Assembly: GCA_963805975.1 (NCBI GenBank) | Contig: CAWDVR010000003.1 | Coordinates: forward strand, 800,001-864,000 | DNA: 64,000 nt | Source: an uncultured Acidobacteriota bacterium | GTDB taxonomy: Bacteria > Acidobacteriota > Thermoanaerobaculia > Multivoradales > SZUA-115 | Reading direction: 5' to 3' | In this document: one piece after another, positions 38,089-47,410 of the stretch | Layout of the letters: the number at the start of each line of letters is the position of its first letter | Position numbering within the stretch: the stretch's first letter is position 1 | Translations under genes and position numbers: made by a program | Notes under the pieces: generated by a model | What the model was told of the DNA's origin: nothing | Database searches by the model: none | Seen by the model: only the letters and a program-made list of their open reading frames with translations

Positions 38089-40032
38089 ATGAGAGCTCGC
38101 CGCGCCCTGATCCTTCTCGCCTGCCTCGGCTTCTTCCTGCCCGGCCCGCCCTCGGCCGCGGCGCCTCCTTCGCCCGCACCTGCCACCACCATCTCGCCGG
38201 ACGAGGTGGAGCGCGGCCAGCGCGGCTACGGCCTGTCGGTCTTCGCCGGCACCGAGCCCGAGCGCTTCGAGGTCGAGGTGCTGGGGGTGATCCGCGGCCT
38301 CAACGCCGGGGTGAGCTACATCCTGGCCCGCCTGACCGGGCACGGCCTCGAAAGCGCGGGGGTGGTCGCGGGCATGAGCGGCAGCCCGGTCTACCTCGAC
38401 GGCAAGCTGGCCGGCGCCGTGGCTTTCGGCTGGGGCTTCTCCCGCGAGGCCATCGCCGGCATCACGCCGATCGCCGAGATGCGGCGGCTCTCCGCCGGCG
38501 GGGGAGAGCCGGCCGGAGCGCACCGTGCCGTGACCGGAGCGCCGTTCGGGGTCGAGACGCAGGCCCCTGACTTCGCGGTCGACTTCACGGCCCTCGCCTC
38601 GGGCCGCGTGCCGGCCGATCTCCTGGAGCGCGAGCTGGCGAAGCTCCGGCCGGTGTTGACCTCGGGTGCCACCTCCGCCGTGCAGTGGGCGGCGAGCGGC
38701 TTCGGCAGCGAGTCCGGCGGCATCCTGTCCCGCGCGCTGGGGCCCGTCACCATGGCCGGCAGGACCCGGGAGGCCCCCGGCGACCCCAGGCTCTCTTCGA
38801 CGATCCTCCAGCCCGGCCAGATGGTCGCCGCGGTGCTGGTCGACGGCGACCTCTCCCTCGCCGCCTCCGGCACCATCACCGACCGCACCGGCGACGAGCT
38901 GCTGGTCTTCGGGCACGCCTTCCTGGGCAGCGGCCCGGTGTCCTTCCCGCTCGCCACCGCCGAGGTCATCACCGTGGTCGACAACATGAACAGCTCGTTC
39001 AAGCTGTCGAACGTCGGCCCGGTGGTGGGCGCTTTCACCGAGGACCGGCGGGCCGGGCTCGCCGGCCGCATCGGCGCCGTGGCCCCCATGATCCCGCTCG
39101 CCATCCGCATCGAGGGCGAGAACCGCCGCGACTGCAACCTGCGGGTGGCCGAGGTGGACCGCTTCACCTCGGCGCTCCTCGCGAGCGGCGTCGTGGGCTG
39201 CCTCGAGGCCGCCTCCTGGCGCTCGGGGGACCAGGCCCTCGACCTCGAGGCCACCTTCCGGGTGCGCGGCCAGGGGCCGGTGACGGTGCGGCAGAGCTTC
39301 GACGGGCCGGTGGCGGGAACCGAGAGCGCCTCGTATCTCATGGCCACCGCCAGCTACCTGCTCGACAGCCAGCTCGAGGCCGGACGGCTGGATGGCGTCG
39401 AGGTCCGGTTGACGCAGAGCGCCACGGCCAGGAACGCCACCCTGGTGGCGGTCACCCCGGACCGCGCCGTGGTGCGCCCCGGCGACCGGGTGAAGCTGCA
39501 CCTCGACTTCACGGTCTTTCGCGGCGAGCCCTTCGAGCGCGACCTCGACTTCCTCCTGCCGCCCGACCTGCCGGCGGGCAAGGTGACGCTCCTGGTGGGC
39601 GACGGCGGCTCGATCGACGGCGCGCGCCAGACCCTCGAGCCGGTCGAGCCACGCACCTACCTCCAGGCCGTCGAGCTGCTCAAGTCCCTGCACTCGCGCC
39701 GCGAGCTGGCGGTGCTCGCCGTGCTGCCGGAGCGCGGGGTGGCGGTCGGTGGCCAGCCCATGCCGCGCCTGCCGGGCTCGGTTCGCACCCTGCTCAGCGC
39801 GGCGGCGCCCGGCGGCGCCACCCAGTTGCGCGCCGCCATCGCCGCCGAGAGCTACGAGAGTGTCGAGCGGCCGTTCACCGGCCTGCTGCGGTTGGACCTC
39901 ACCGTCGAGCGCCGCGAAGCCGCCCCAGAGCCGGGTGCCCCAAAGCCGGATGCCCCAAAGCCGGATGCCCCAGAGCCGGGCGCTCCGCCGGCCGCACCCG
40001 CCGGCGAGGCGCCGGGAAAGGCGCGCCCATGA
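38089..40032 (+). CDS. SpoIVB peptidase S55 domain protein
   Basis: Signal peptide; FEVEVLG, GVVAGMSGSPVYLDGKLAGAV, GITPI, FGHAF. Confidence 0.88.
   Translation: MRARRALILLACLGFFLPGPPSAAAPPSPAPATTISPDEVERGQRGYGLSVFAGTEPERFEVEVLGVIRGLNAGVSYILARLTGHGLESAGVVAGMSGSPVYLDGKLAGAVAFGWGFSREAIAGITPIAEMRRLSAGGGEPAGAHRAVTGAPFGVETQAPDFAVDFTALASGRVPADLLERELAKLRPVLTSGATSAVQWAASGFGSESGGILSRALGPVTMAGRTREAPGDPRLSSTILQPGQMVAAVLVDGDLSLAASGTITDRTGDELLVFGHAFLGSGPVSFPLATAEVITVVDNMNSSFKLSNVGPVVGAFTEDRRAGLAGRIGAVAPMIPLAIRIEGENRRDCNLRVAEVDRFTSALLASGVVGCLEAASWRSGDQALDLEATFRVRGQGPVTVRQSFDGPVAGTESASYLMATASYLLDSQLEAGRLDGVEVRLTQSATARNATLVAVTPDRAVVRPGDRVKLHLDFTVFRGEPFERDLDFLLPPDLPAGKVTLLVGDGGSIDGARQTLEPVEPRTYLQAVELLKSLHSRRELAVLAVLPERGVAVGGQPMPRLPGSVRTLLSAAAPGGATQLRAAIAAESYESVERPFTGLLRLDLTVERREAAPEPGAPKPDAPKPDAPEPGAPPAAPAGEAPGKARP
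39922..39981 (+). repeat. Four 15-bp tandem repeats encoding AP(E/K)P(G/D)
   Basis: GCCCCARAGCCGGRY x4 in the low-complexity tail of the S55 gene. Confidence 0.85.
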
Positions 40033-42251
40033 AGAGAGTCGAGAAGCGAAGGCACACGGCGTGGCTCTGCCTGCTGCTCTGCGGGCTGGCCCCGGCCGCC
40101 TCCCTATCCGCGGCCGAGGTGCGGCACTTCCGGGCCGACGGCCGCGAGGAGCTCGCCGCGGGCGAGCTCGACGGCATCAGCCTCGACCCGCTGGGGCGGC
40201 TGGCGCTCGCCGACCGCGTGGAGCGGGTGGCCGGCGTGGAGGAGCCCTTCCTGCTGGCGGCGGCGCGCCATCCCAAGGGCTGGGTGGTGGGGACCGGCAA
40301 CGCCGGCAAGGTGGTGCTGGTCGACGCCCGAGGCAACGTCTCGACGCTCTTCACCACGGCGGAGACGCAGGTCTTCGCCGTCCACGCCGAGGCGGACGGC
40401 ACGGTCTTCGCCGGCACCTCGCCGCACGGTAAGGTCTACCGCATCACGCCGGACGGCAAGGGAGAGGTCTTCTTCGACCCCGGCGAGACCTACATCTGGG
40501 CTCTCGAGCGCTCCGGCGGCGGCGGCCTGCTGGTGGCGACCGGCACCCAGGGCAAGCTCTTCGAGGTCGACGCCGCCGGCCGGGGCAAGGTGCTCTACGA
40601 CGGCGACGACACCCACCTGCGCTCGCTCGCCGTGCTCCCCGGCGGCGACCTCCTCGCCGGCACCGCCGACGAGGGGCTGATCCTCCGCATCCAGCCGAAC
40701 GGTGCGGTGCGCACGCTCTACGACGCCGCGACCCCCGAGGTGGTGGCGCTCGCCGTGGGCGAGGGCGGCGAGGCCTGGGCGGCGGTGGTCAACTCCGAGG
40801 CCAGCCTGGCCGAGCCCGAGGCCGCGGCCGGAACGGAAGCCGGCGCCCGCCGCGCACCGGTCCGCGTCCGCGAGAGCGACGGCGAGCCCACGCCCGTGGT
40901 CACGGTCAGCGAAGGCGCCGAGGTGCCGGCCGAGCCGGTCCGGCCGCGCGGCGGCCGCGGACCGCGCACCGAGATCCTGAAGATCTCCCCCTCCGGCCTC
41001 ACCGAGACGGTGTGGACCTTCTTCGAGGAAACGGCGTTCTCCCTTCTCTGGCAACGGGGCAGGCTCTGGGTGGGCACCGGCCTCGAGGGCAAGCTCTTCG
41101 CCTACGACGGCGCCTCGATGGTGCTCGAAAAGGACGCTCCCGAGCGGCAGATCGTGGCCCTGATGGCCGGCGATCCCGCACAGAAAGAGGTGGGGCCGAC
41201 CTTCGCCACCACCAACGCCGCCGCCCTCTTCCGCTTCGCCGGCGGCTCGGAACGCCGTGGCACCTACACCAGCCAGGCGCTGGACGCCGGCTCGGTCGCC
41301 GCCTTCGGCACCCTCCACTGGGAGGGCACGCTGCCCAAGGGAGCGGTGCTCTCCTTCTCGGCGCGGAGCGGCCTCTCCGCCGCTCCCGACCGCACCTGGT
41401 CGGAGTGGACGGCGCCCTCCTCCGGGCCGGAGATCCCGCTCACGGCGCTGCCGCGGGGCCGCTTCGTGCAGTGGCGGGCCGAGCTCTCGGCGGGCAACGG
41501 TGCGTCGCCACAGCTCTACGCCGTGGATCTCTCCTACCGGCAGGAGAACCTGAAGCCCATCATCCGCTCGCTCTCCGCTCTCGAGCCCGGCCAGGTGCTG
41601 GTGCCGGCCGGCTTCAACCCCGGCAACCAGGTCTTCGAGCCCGCGCACCCGGCCCGCGACGGCATCTTCACGCCCCTGGGCGAGGCCTCGTCCGGCGACG
41701 AAGGGCGGCAGAAGACGCTGTGGAAGAAGGGCTACCAGACGCTGCGCTGGGAGGCGAGCGACCCCAACGCCGACCCGCTCCGCTACCGGCTCGAGATCGC
41801 TCCGGCGGCGACAGACGCGGGTTGGCTGCCGGTGGCGGACGACCTCGAGGCCACTCAATACGGCTTCGACGCCACGGTGCTGCCGGACGGCATCTACCGC
41901 TTCCGCCTCTCGGCCTCGGACGGCGAAGGCAACGGCGGTGAGGGCCTCACCTCGACGCAGGTCTCCGAGCCGGTGACCGTGGATCACACGCCTCCGGCGC
42001 TGGTCTCGGCCGAGAGGAAAGGCGGCAAGCTGGTGGTGTCCGCGCGCGATCAGACGAGCCCGCTCACCGAGGCCGTGGTGAGCGTCGACGCCGGCTCGTG
42101 GGCGCCGGCCCCGGCGGCGGACGGCCTCACCGACGGGCGCCGCGAGAGCTTCGAGATCCCCGTGCCGGAGAAGGCCCGGATCGTCCTCCTGCGGCTGACC
42201 GACGCCGCGTACAATGTCGTCACCTTCGACCTGACCGACAAGCTCCGCTAG
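40029..42251 (+). CDS. Secreted beta-propeller protein with C-terminal Ig/FN3-like domains
   Basis: ATGA overlap with the S55 gene; repeated (V/A)GTG..GK(V/L) blades; WEASDPN.D, LPDGIYRFRL.ASD, VDHTPP. Confidence 0.8.
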   Translation: MKRVEKRRHTAWLCLLLCGLAPAASLSAAEVRHFRADGREELAAGELDGISLDPLGRLALADRVERVAGVEEPFLLAAARHPKGWVVGTGNAGKVVLVDARGNVSTLFTTAETQVFAVHAEADGTVFAGTSPHGKVYRITPDGKGEVFFDPGETYIWALERSGGGGLLVATGTQGKLFEVDAAGRGKVLYDGDDTHLRSLAVLPGGDLLAGTADEGLILRIQPNGAVRTLYDAATPEVVALAVGEGGEAWAAVVNSEASLAEPEAAAGTEAGARRAPVRVRESDGEPTPVVTVSEGAEVPAEPVRPRGGRGPRTEILKISPSGLTETVWTFFEETAFSLLWQRGRLWVGTGLEGKLFAYDGASMVLEKDAPERQIVALMAGDPAQKEVGPTFATTNAAALFRFAGGSERRGTYTSQALDAGSVAAFGTLHWEGTLPKGAVLSFSARSGLSAAPDRTWSEWTAPSSGPEIPLTALPRGRFVQWRAELSAGNGASPQLYAVDLSYRQENLKPIIRSLSALEPGQVLVPAGFNPGNQVFEPAHPARDGIFTPLGEASSGDEGRQKTLWKKGYQTLRWEASDPNADPLRYRLEIAPAATDAGWLPVADDLEATQYGFDATVLPDGIYRFRLSASDGEGNGGEGLTSTQVSEPVTVDHTPPALVSAERKGGKLVVSARDQTSPLTEAVVSVDAGSWAPAPAADGLTDGRRESFEIPVPEKARIVLLRLTDAAYNVVTFDLTDKLR

Positions 42252-42260
42252 CCGACCACC

Positions 42261-42764
42261 ATGAAAAAGCGGATCGCCGTCTACGCCGGCACTTTCGACC
42301 CGATGCACAACGGGCATCTCGACATCATCGACCGCTGCCTGCCGCTCTTTGAGGAGGTGCAGGTGGCGGTGCTCAACAACGAGGCCAAGAACCCGTGGTT
42401 CTCGAGCGAGGAGCGGATGGAGATGATCCAGGAGCTGGTGGCCGGCAAGAGCGCCGTCAAGGTGGTGAGCTTCTCCGGCCTGCTGGTCGACTTCATGGAA
42501 CGCATCGGCGCGCAGACCGTGGTGCGGGGCCTGCGCGCGGTGTCGGACTTCGAGTACGAGTTCCAGATGGCGCTGATGAACCGCCACCTGAACCCGCGCG
42601 TCGAGACCGTGTTCATGATGCCGAGCCAGGAGTACAGCTACCTGTCGAGCCGGCTAGTGAAAGAGGTCTTCACCTTCGGCGGCGATCTGACCGGCCTGGT
42701 GCCGGAGATGGTGGCCGCGCGGCTCGGCGAGCGTCTCGAGGAACGGACAGCGGGGAAGAAGTAG
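42261..42764 (+). CDS. coaD: Phosphopantetheine adenylyltransferase
   Basis: GTFDPMHNGHLDI, RGLRAVSDFEYEFQMA.MN, SSRLVKE. Confidence 0.97.
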   Translation: MKKRIAVYAGTFDPMHNGHLDIIDRCLPLFEEVQVAVLNNEAKNPWFSSEERMEMIQELVAGKSAVKVVSFSGLLVDFMERIGAQTVVRGLRAVSDFEYEFQMALMNRHLNPRVETVFMMPSQEYSYLSSRLVKEVFTFGGDLTGLVPEMVAARLGERLEERTAGKK

Positions 42765-42781
42765 GGGCAGGCCGCTGCCTG

Positions 42782-43834
42782 ATGGAAACCGAGAGCCCCC
42801 TCCGCTCCTTCCTCCTCGCCCTGCCCAAGGTCGAGCTCCACGTCCATCTCGAAGGCTCCATGCAGCCGGCCACGCTGCTGCGGCTGGCGCGGCGCCACGG
42901 CATCGAGCTGCCGGCGGCGGACGAGGCCGGGCTCGCGCGCTGGTTTACTTTTCGCGACTTCCCGCACTTCGTCGAGATCTATCTCACCCTCTCCCGCTGC
43001 CTGCGCGAGCCGGAGGACTTCTACGACCTGGCGCTCGGCTTCCTCGCCGAGCAGGCGCGGCAGAACGTGGTGTGGAGCGAGGTCCACTTCACCATCTCCA
43101 CCCACCAGGCGAACGGCGGCGAGGGCGAGGCCATCCGCCAGGCACTGCGCGCGGCGGCAGCCGAGGGCGAGCGGCGCCACGGCGTGCGCTGCGGGTGGAT
43201 CCCGGACATCGTGCGCAACGCGCCGCCCGAGCGGGCGGACTGGACGGTCGAGTGGGCGCTCGCAGACCGCGGGCTGCCGGCGGTTTCGAGCGGCGCGGTG
43301 GTGGCCCTGGGCCTCGCGGGCATGGAGGCGGGCCATCCGCCCGAGCCGTTCGCGCCGCACTTCGCGGCGGCGCGCCGCGGCGGTCTGCACGTGGTGGCGC
43401 ACGCCGGCGAGCACTCGGGGCCGGAGTCGGTGCGTGCGGCCGTCGAGGCCCTGGGAGCGGAGCGCATCGGCCACGGAGTGGCGGCGGCCCGCGACCCGGC
43501 GCTGACGGCCGAGCTCGCGCGGCAGCGCATCCCGCTCGAGGTCTGCCCGACCTCGAACGTCTGCCTGGGCGTGGCGCCGGACCTCGCGTCCCACCCCTTC
43601 GACCGCCTGCGCCGGGCAGGCATTGCCGTGTCCGTCAACTCCGACGACGCACCGCTCTTCGGCACCACTCTCCTCGACGAGTACCTGGCACTGGCCCGGA
43701 CCTTCGGCTACGGCCCCGCCGAGCTCAAGAGCTTGGTCCTCGCCGGCATCGAGCACTCGTTCCTGCCGGAGGGGGAGAGGGCTGCGCTCGCGGCAAGGGT
43801 GAGGGCGGTGGTGGAGGAGGAGGTGGGCGGGTAG
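42782..43834 (+). CDS. add: Adenosine/adenine deaminase
   Basis: LPKVELHVHLEGS, HAGE, ERIGHG, EVCPTSN, NSDD. Confidence 0.92.
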   Translation: METESPLRSFLLALPKVELHVHLEGSMQPATLLRLARRHGIELPAADEAGLARWFTFRDFPHFVEIYLTLSRCLREPEDFYDLALGFLAEQARQNVVWSEVHFTISTHQANGGEGEAIRQALRAAAAEGERRHGVRCGWIPDIVRNAPPERADWTVEWALADRGLPAVSSGAVVALGLAGMEAGHPPEPFAPHFAAARRGGLHVVAHAGEHSGPESVRAAVEALGAERIGHGVAAARDPALTAELARQRIPLEVCPTSNVCLGVAPDLASHPFDRLRRAGIAVSVNSDDAPLFGTTLLDEYLALARTFGYGPAELKSLVLAGIEHSFLPEGERAALAARVRAVVEEEVGG

Positions 43835-43895
43835 TGCGTAAGTTCGACCTCTGACTGGTGCGCCAAGGCGGTGAGCCGGGCCGCCTGCGGAGCCG

Positions 43896-44007
43896 GATGG
43901 ATTCCCGCGTTCGCGGGAATGACGGGTGCTGGCCGTCCGCAGAGTCGAGCTTGGGGGGCAGCGTTGCTGTTCCCCTTGTGTCATTCCCGCGAACGCGGGA
44001 ATCCATC
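43896..44007. repeat. REP-like palindrome doublet, same family as 33514-33588
   Basis: 28-bp perfect inverted arms GATGGATTCCCGCGTTCGCGGGAATGAC (43896-923) and 43980-44007. Confidence 0.85.
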
Positions 44008-44087
44008 TGGCCCATCCCACACTAGCCCGGTGCCGGTGGGCGGTCTGCCTGGACTCGGTGGTGTGACTGCTGGCACCATACCTGACC

Positions 44088-44492
44088 ATGCAAGTCTGGG
44101 AGCAGTTCTCGTATCGGGTTTTCTGGTCCGAGGAGGACCATGAGTTCATTGGGGTTTGCGCCGAACTGTCTGGGCTGAGCTGGCTCGCGAAGACTCCCGA
44201 GGAAGCGCTGCAAGGGATCCGTCGGGCGGCGCGCGACGGAGTGCGGCTCCTCGAACAGGAGGGCGATCCGGTTCCGCAGCCGATCGGCGCGCGGAGCTTC
44301 AGCGGCGTCTTCAAGGTCCGTGTGCCGTCCGAGCTGCACCGCCGGCTGGTGCTCGAAGCGACTGAGCAGAGAGTTTCGCTCAACCGCTTGGTGTCGGCCA
44401 AGCTCGCCGCTCCTGCCCTTGCGCCAACCCCGCGGAAGTCGACGACGAGTCGTAGAGCCCCTGCCAGTGCCACCCTCAGAGGCTCCAGCTAA
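44088..44492 (+). CDS. hicB: HicB-family antitoxin
   Basis: YRVFWSEED.EFIG.CAE..GLSWLA.TPEEAL; FSG.F.VRVPSELHRRL..EA....VSLN ribbon-helix-helix. Confidence 0.88.
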   Translation: MQVWEQFSYRVFWSEEDHEFIGVCAELSGLSWLAKTPEEALQGIRRAARDGVRLLEQEGDPVPQPIGARSFSGVFKVRVPSELHRRLVLEATEQRVSLNRLVSAKLAAPALAPTPRKSTTSRRAPASATLRGSS

Positions 44493-44538
44493 TTAACGCC
44501 GAACAACGCCGTCGGTCGTGCGGTAGCGAACGCCTCCG

Positions 44539-45891
44539 CTACCAGGTCCGCCGCAGCGGGTGCGCCTCGGTGTTGAAGACCACGACCTTCCGCAGGTCGA
44601 GGGTCTCGTCCGGAGCGAACAGTAGATAGAGGTACTTGAGGGTCTCGGCCAGGAAGTAGCTGGGCATCAAGTCACCCTTCTCCTTGCTCACCACGTCCTT
44701 CAAGGTGGTGTAGCCGGCGTCGGTGCGGCAGTGGGTGAGGAGCCCCTCGAAGAAGGTCCGTCCCATCTCCAGGTAGCGCGGGTCCTTGGTCAGCCGGTGG
44801 AGGTAGTAGGCCGACTCGATGATCTCCGGCCGCAACGGGTAGCCGGTGTGGATCGCCCGCATCTCTCGATAGTCGAGCACCTCGGGCTCGATGCCGTGCA
44901 GGTTCCACATCGAGAAGCACGAGTCCTGGAGGCGGCGTGCCCGGCGGAGGTCACCGCCGAGCGCGAGGACCGAAGGCAGGAAGGCGTGCAGGGCCCCGAA
45001 CTCCGTGCCCGTCCGTTTGCCGGTGCTCATGTCCACGGACCCGTACCAGAGGCCCGTGGGGGCCTTGTCGGCCAAGTGGCGGTCGAGCGCGCGCCGGCTG
45101 CGGCGCCACATGCGCTCACAGTCCCGGTCGCCGAAGAGGCGCGAGCACTTGAGGAGGTACTCGTAGTAGGAGTCGATGCCGCCGCCGACGTGGCTCACGG
45201 GGCTCACCCACTGGCCGGTCTCGACGTCGATCTCCTCGCCCACCAGGCCGAGCTTCGAGCGCCGCTCGTAGAGGGCCACCAGCGCCCGCTTTGCCTTGTC
45301 GAAGAAGACCGGCTTGCCGGTGAGCTTCGCGAGGGTGCCGAATTCCAGGATGAGCGTGCCGATCTCGGCGGGGTTGGTGCGCGCGCCGGATGTCTCGCCG
45401 GTCTTCAGGTTGACGAACATGTAGGGCATGCCGGTGGGGGAGTCGAAGACGGGGAGGAGCCGGGTGCCCAGATCCTCGGCGAGCTTCAGCAGGCGCGCGT
45501 CGCCGGTCATCTGGTAGCCCGAGAGCAGCCCGCCGAGGGTGCGGATGGTGATCTCGAAGTTCTTGACCGAGATGTCCTTGTCGAAGGAGAGCCGCTCGAC
45601 GATCAACGCCTTCGCCTTCTCGGCTTCCTCCGTCAGACCCATGAGGAGGAGCGTGTCGAGCGTGTCCACCGGCGTCATGAGCAGTGACTCGCCATGCCAG
45701 TCGTGGGCCGTCTTGCTCACCGGCCGGAGCTCGTCGTGCCCCCAGGCGTGCTGCTCGTAGGCTCGCCAGGCGAAGAGCAGCTCGGCGCGGACCCGCGCCG
45801 CCAGCTCGGGCCGGTTCACCGTGGCAGATTCGGCCTCTGCGCCAGATGCGGAGAGAGAGGCCAGAAGGAGGACGGTCCACCACACTTTCAT
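44539..45891 (-). CDS. Glycoside hydrolase family 47 (class I alpha-1,2-mannosidase)
   Basis: Signal peptide; AWGHDELRPVS, FEITIR.LGGLLS, DSYYEYLLK, LRPE.IES, SYFLAETLKYLYL, NTEAHP. Confidence 0.94.
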   Translation of the reverse strand: MKVWWTVLLLASLSASGAEAESATVNRPELAARVRAELLFAWRAYEQHAWGHDELRPVSKTAHDWHGESLLMTPVDTLDTLLLMGLTEEAEKAKALIVERLSFDKDISVKNFEITIRTLGGLLSGYQMTGDARLLKLAEDLGTRLLPVFDSPTGMPYMFVNLKTGETSGARTNPAEIGTLILEFGTLAKLTGKPVFFDKAKRALVALYERRSKLGLVGEEIDVETGQWVSPVSHVGGGIDSYYEYLLKCSRLFGDRDCERMWRRSRRALDRHLADKAPTGLWYGSVDMSTGKRTGTEFGALHAFLPSVLALGGDLRRARRLQDSCFSMWNLHGIEPEVLDYREMRAIHTGYPLRPEIIESAYYLHRLTKDPRYLEMGRTFFEGLLTHCRTDAGYTTLKDVVSKEKGDLMPSYFLAETLKYLYLLFAPDETLDLRKVVVFNTEAHPLRRTW

Positions 45892-46811
45892 TTCTTGCCT
45901 CCGTGGGTCAGGAGCACGGCGCCGACGACCATCACCGCCGCGAGCAGGGTGCGGCCGGTGATCACCTCGTCGCCTGCGGCCCAGGCGAGCAGGAGGGCGA
46001 TCACCGGGTTGACGAAGGCGTAGGTGCCCACCGCGGCCGGGGTCGTGACCCGAAGCAGCCAGGTGAAGGCAGCCATACCGAGCGCGGTACCGCAGAGGAT
46101 GAGAAAGGCCATCGCTGCGACGCCGCGGAAGGTCAGGCTTGCGAACGGCGAGCCGCCGAGCTCGCCGAAGGCGATGCTCGCGACCGCGACCACGATCGAA
46201 CCGGCCGCGAGCTGCATGGCCGTGGACTGCACGGCCGATTCCGTCCGGGCCCCGTGCCGGGCGATGAGCGAGCCCACGGCCCAGGAGGCGCCGCAGGCCA
46301 CCAGCGCCAGGCGGTCGGCGAGCGTGCCCCCCGTCTCGGCATGCTGCATCTCGGAATGTGGTGCGCTGCCGGTGGTGAGCACGGCGATGCCCAGAACGCC
46401 GAGGCCGAGCCCGGCCAGCACCCGCCATGACGGCGAGCGCCGTTCGCGGAGCGCGGTCAGCAGCACCAGCGACAGCGGGATCGAAGTGAGGTAGAGCGCC
46501 GCCTGGCCGGACGAGACGCGCTGCTCGGCCCAGGCCAGCACCCCGTGGCAGCCCAGGAAGAGGAAGACTCCCGCCAGCGCCGCCACCCGCCACTGCGCCG
46601 CCGTCGAGCGCTCCGGCCGCTCGCCCGCGAAGCGGGCGCTCGACAAGTACCAGGCGTAGAGCACGAGCGCGCCGCCCGCGCAGCGGATCGCGATCATCCA
46701 GAGCGGCGGCAGCTCGGCCACGGCGTAGCGGATCGCCAGGAAAGTACCACCCCAGAACAGATAGATCGCGGCAAAGGCCGCCACGATCCGGATGCGGGAC
46801 GGGTCGCTCAC
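45888..46811 (-). CDS. EamA/DMT family transporter
   Basis: IYLFWGGTFLAIR, YAFVNPVIALLL; about 10 TM segments. Confidence 0.9.
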   Translation of the reverse strand: MSDPSRIRIVAAFAAIYLFWGGTFLAIRYAVAELPPLWMIAIRCAGGALVLYAWYLSSARFAGERPERSTAAQWRVAALAGVFLFLGCHGVLAWAEQRVSSGQAALYLTSIPLSLVLLTALRERRSPSWRVLAGLGLGVLGIAVLTTGSAPHSEMQHAETGGTLADRLALVACGASWAVGSLIARHGARTESAVQSTAMQLAAGSIVVAVASIAFGELGGSPFASLTFRGVAAMAFLILCGTALGMAAFTWLLRVTTPAAVGTYAFVNPVIALLLAWAAGDEVITGRTLLAAVMVVGAVLLTHGGKK

Positions 46812-46909
46812 TTCTCCGGCAGATAGTTGCTGAAGTGCCACAGGTGGCCCTCGGGGCAGGGAAAGAGGTTGGGAGTGGAGGCCGCGAGCCGAGGCTACGC
46901 TGGCACCGA

Positions 46910-47407
46910 CTACACGCTCCGCGCGCGGACCTCTTCGGAGGTGAGGCCGTAGAGCGGTGGGCTTCCGACGCCGAGCATCGACAGGTAGGTGTAGATCTGC
47001 CCGCGGTGGTGCGCCTCGTGCTCGGCCATGGAGCGCAGCCACTTCCAGACCGGGAGCGAGGCGCCACCGGGGGTAACGCAGCGCCGTTGCAGGTCGCCGG
47101 GAGAGAGGCGAGCGAGGATCTCGACGGACTCCTCGTGCATGCGCGCCAGGAACGCGAAGACCTCGTCGTAGCCGTCCGCGAGCTCAGGCCCATGGCCGGG
47201 ATACCGGCTCGGCCTCAGCGCCGCGTTCTCGGCGAACATGTAGCGCTCGGTGGCGCCCAGATGGCGGAGCAGGTCCCCGAAGCTGAACTTGCCCTCGCGA
47301 TAGGACCACTCGAGGTGCTCGCGCGGGATCTGCCGGGCGACGTGGAGGGTCCGTTCGCGGACCTTTCCGAAGTAGGCGAGGAACGGCTGGATGGCAAGGA
47401 TCTCCAT
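46910..47407 (-). CDS. DinB family protein
   Basis: DLLRHL, EHEAHHRGQI histidine triad. Confidence 0.9.
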   Translation of the reverse strand: MEILAIQPFLAYFGKVRERTLHVARQIPREHLEWSYREGKFSFGDLLRHLGATERYMFAENAALRPSRYPGHGPELADGYDEVFAFLARMHEESVEILARLSPGDLQRRCVTPGGASLPVWKWLRSMAEHEAHHRGQIYTYLSMLGVGSPPLYGLTSEEVRARSV

Positions 47408-47410
47408 GTT

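Noticed and set aside
39922-39981. 15-bp tandem repeat as a phase-variation switch
   Set aside because: In-frame unit in a disordered tail; copy-number change would not shift the frame
44539-47193. Apparent 884-aa GH47 fusion
   Set aside because: The upstream part overlaps EamA and DinB in other frames; GH47 starts at 45891
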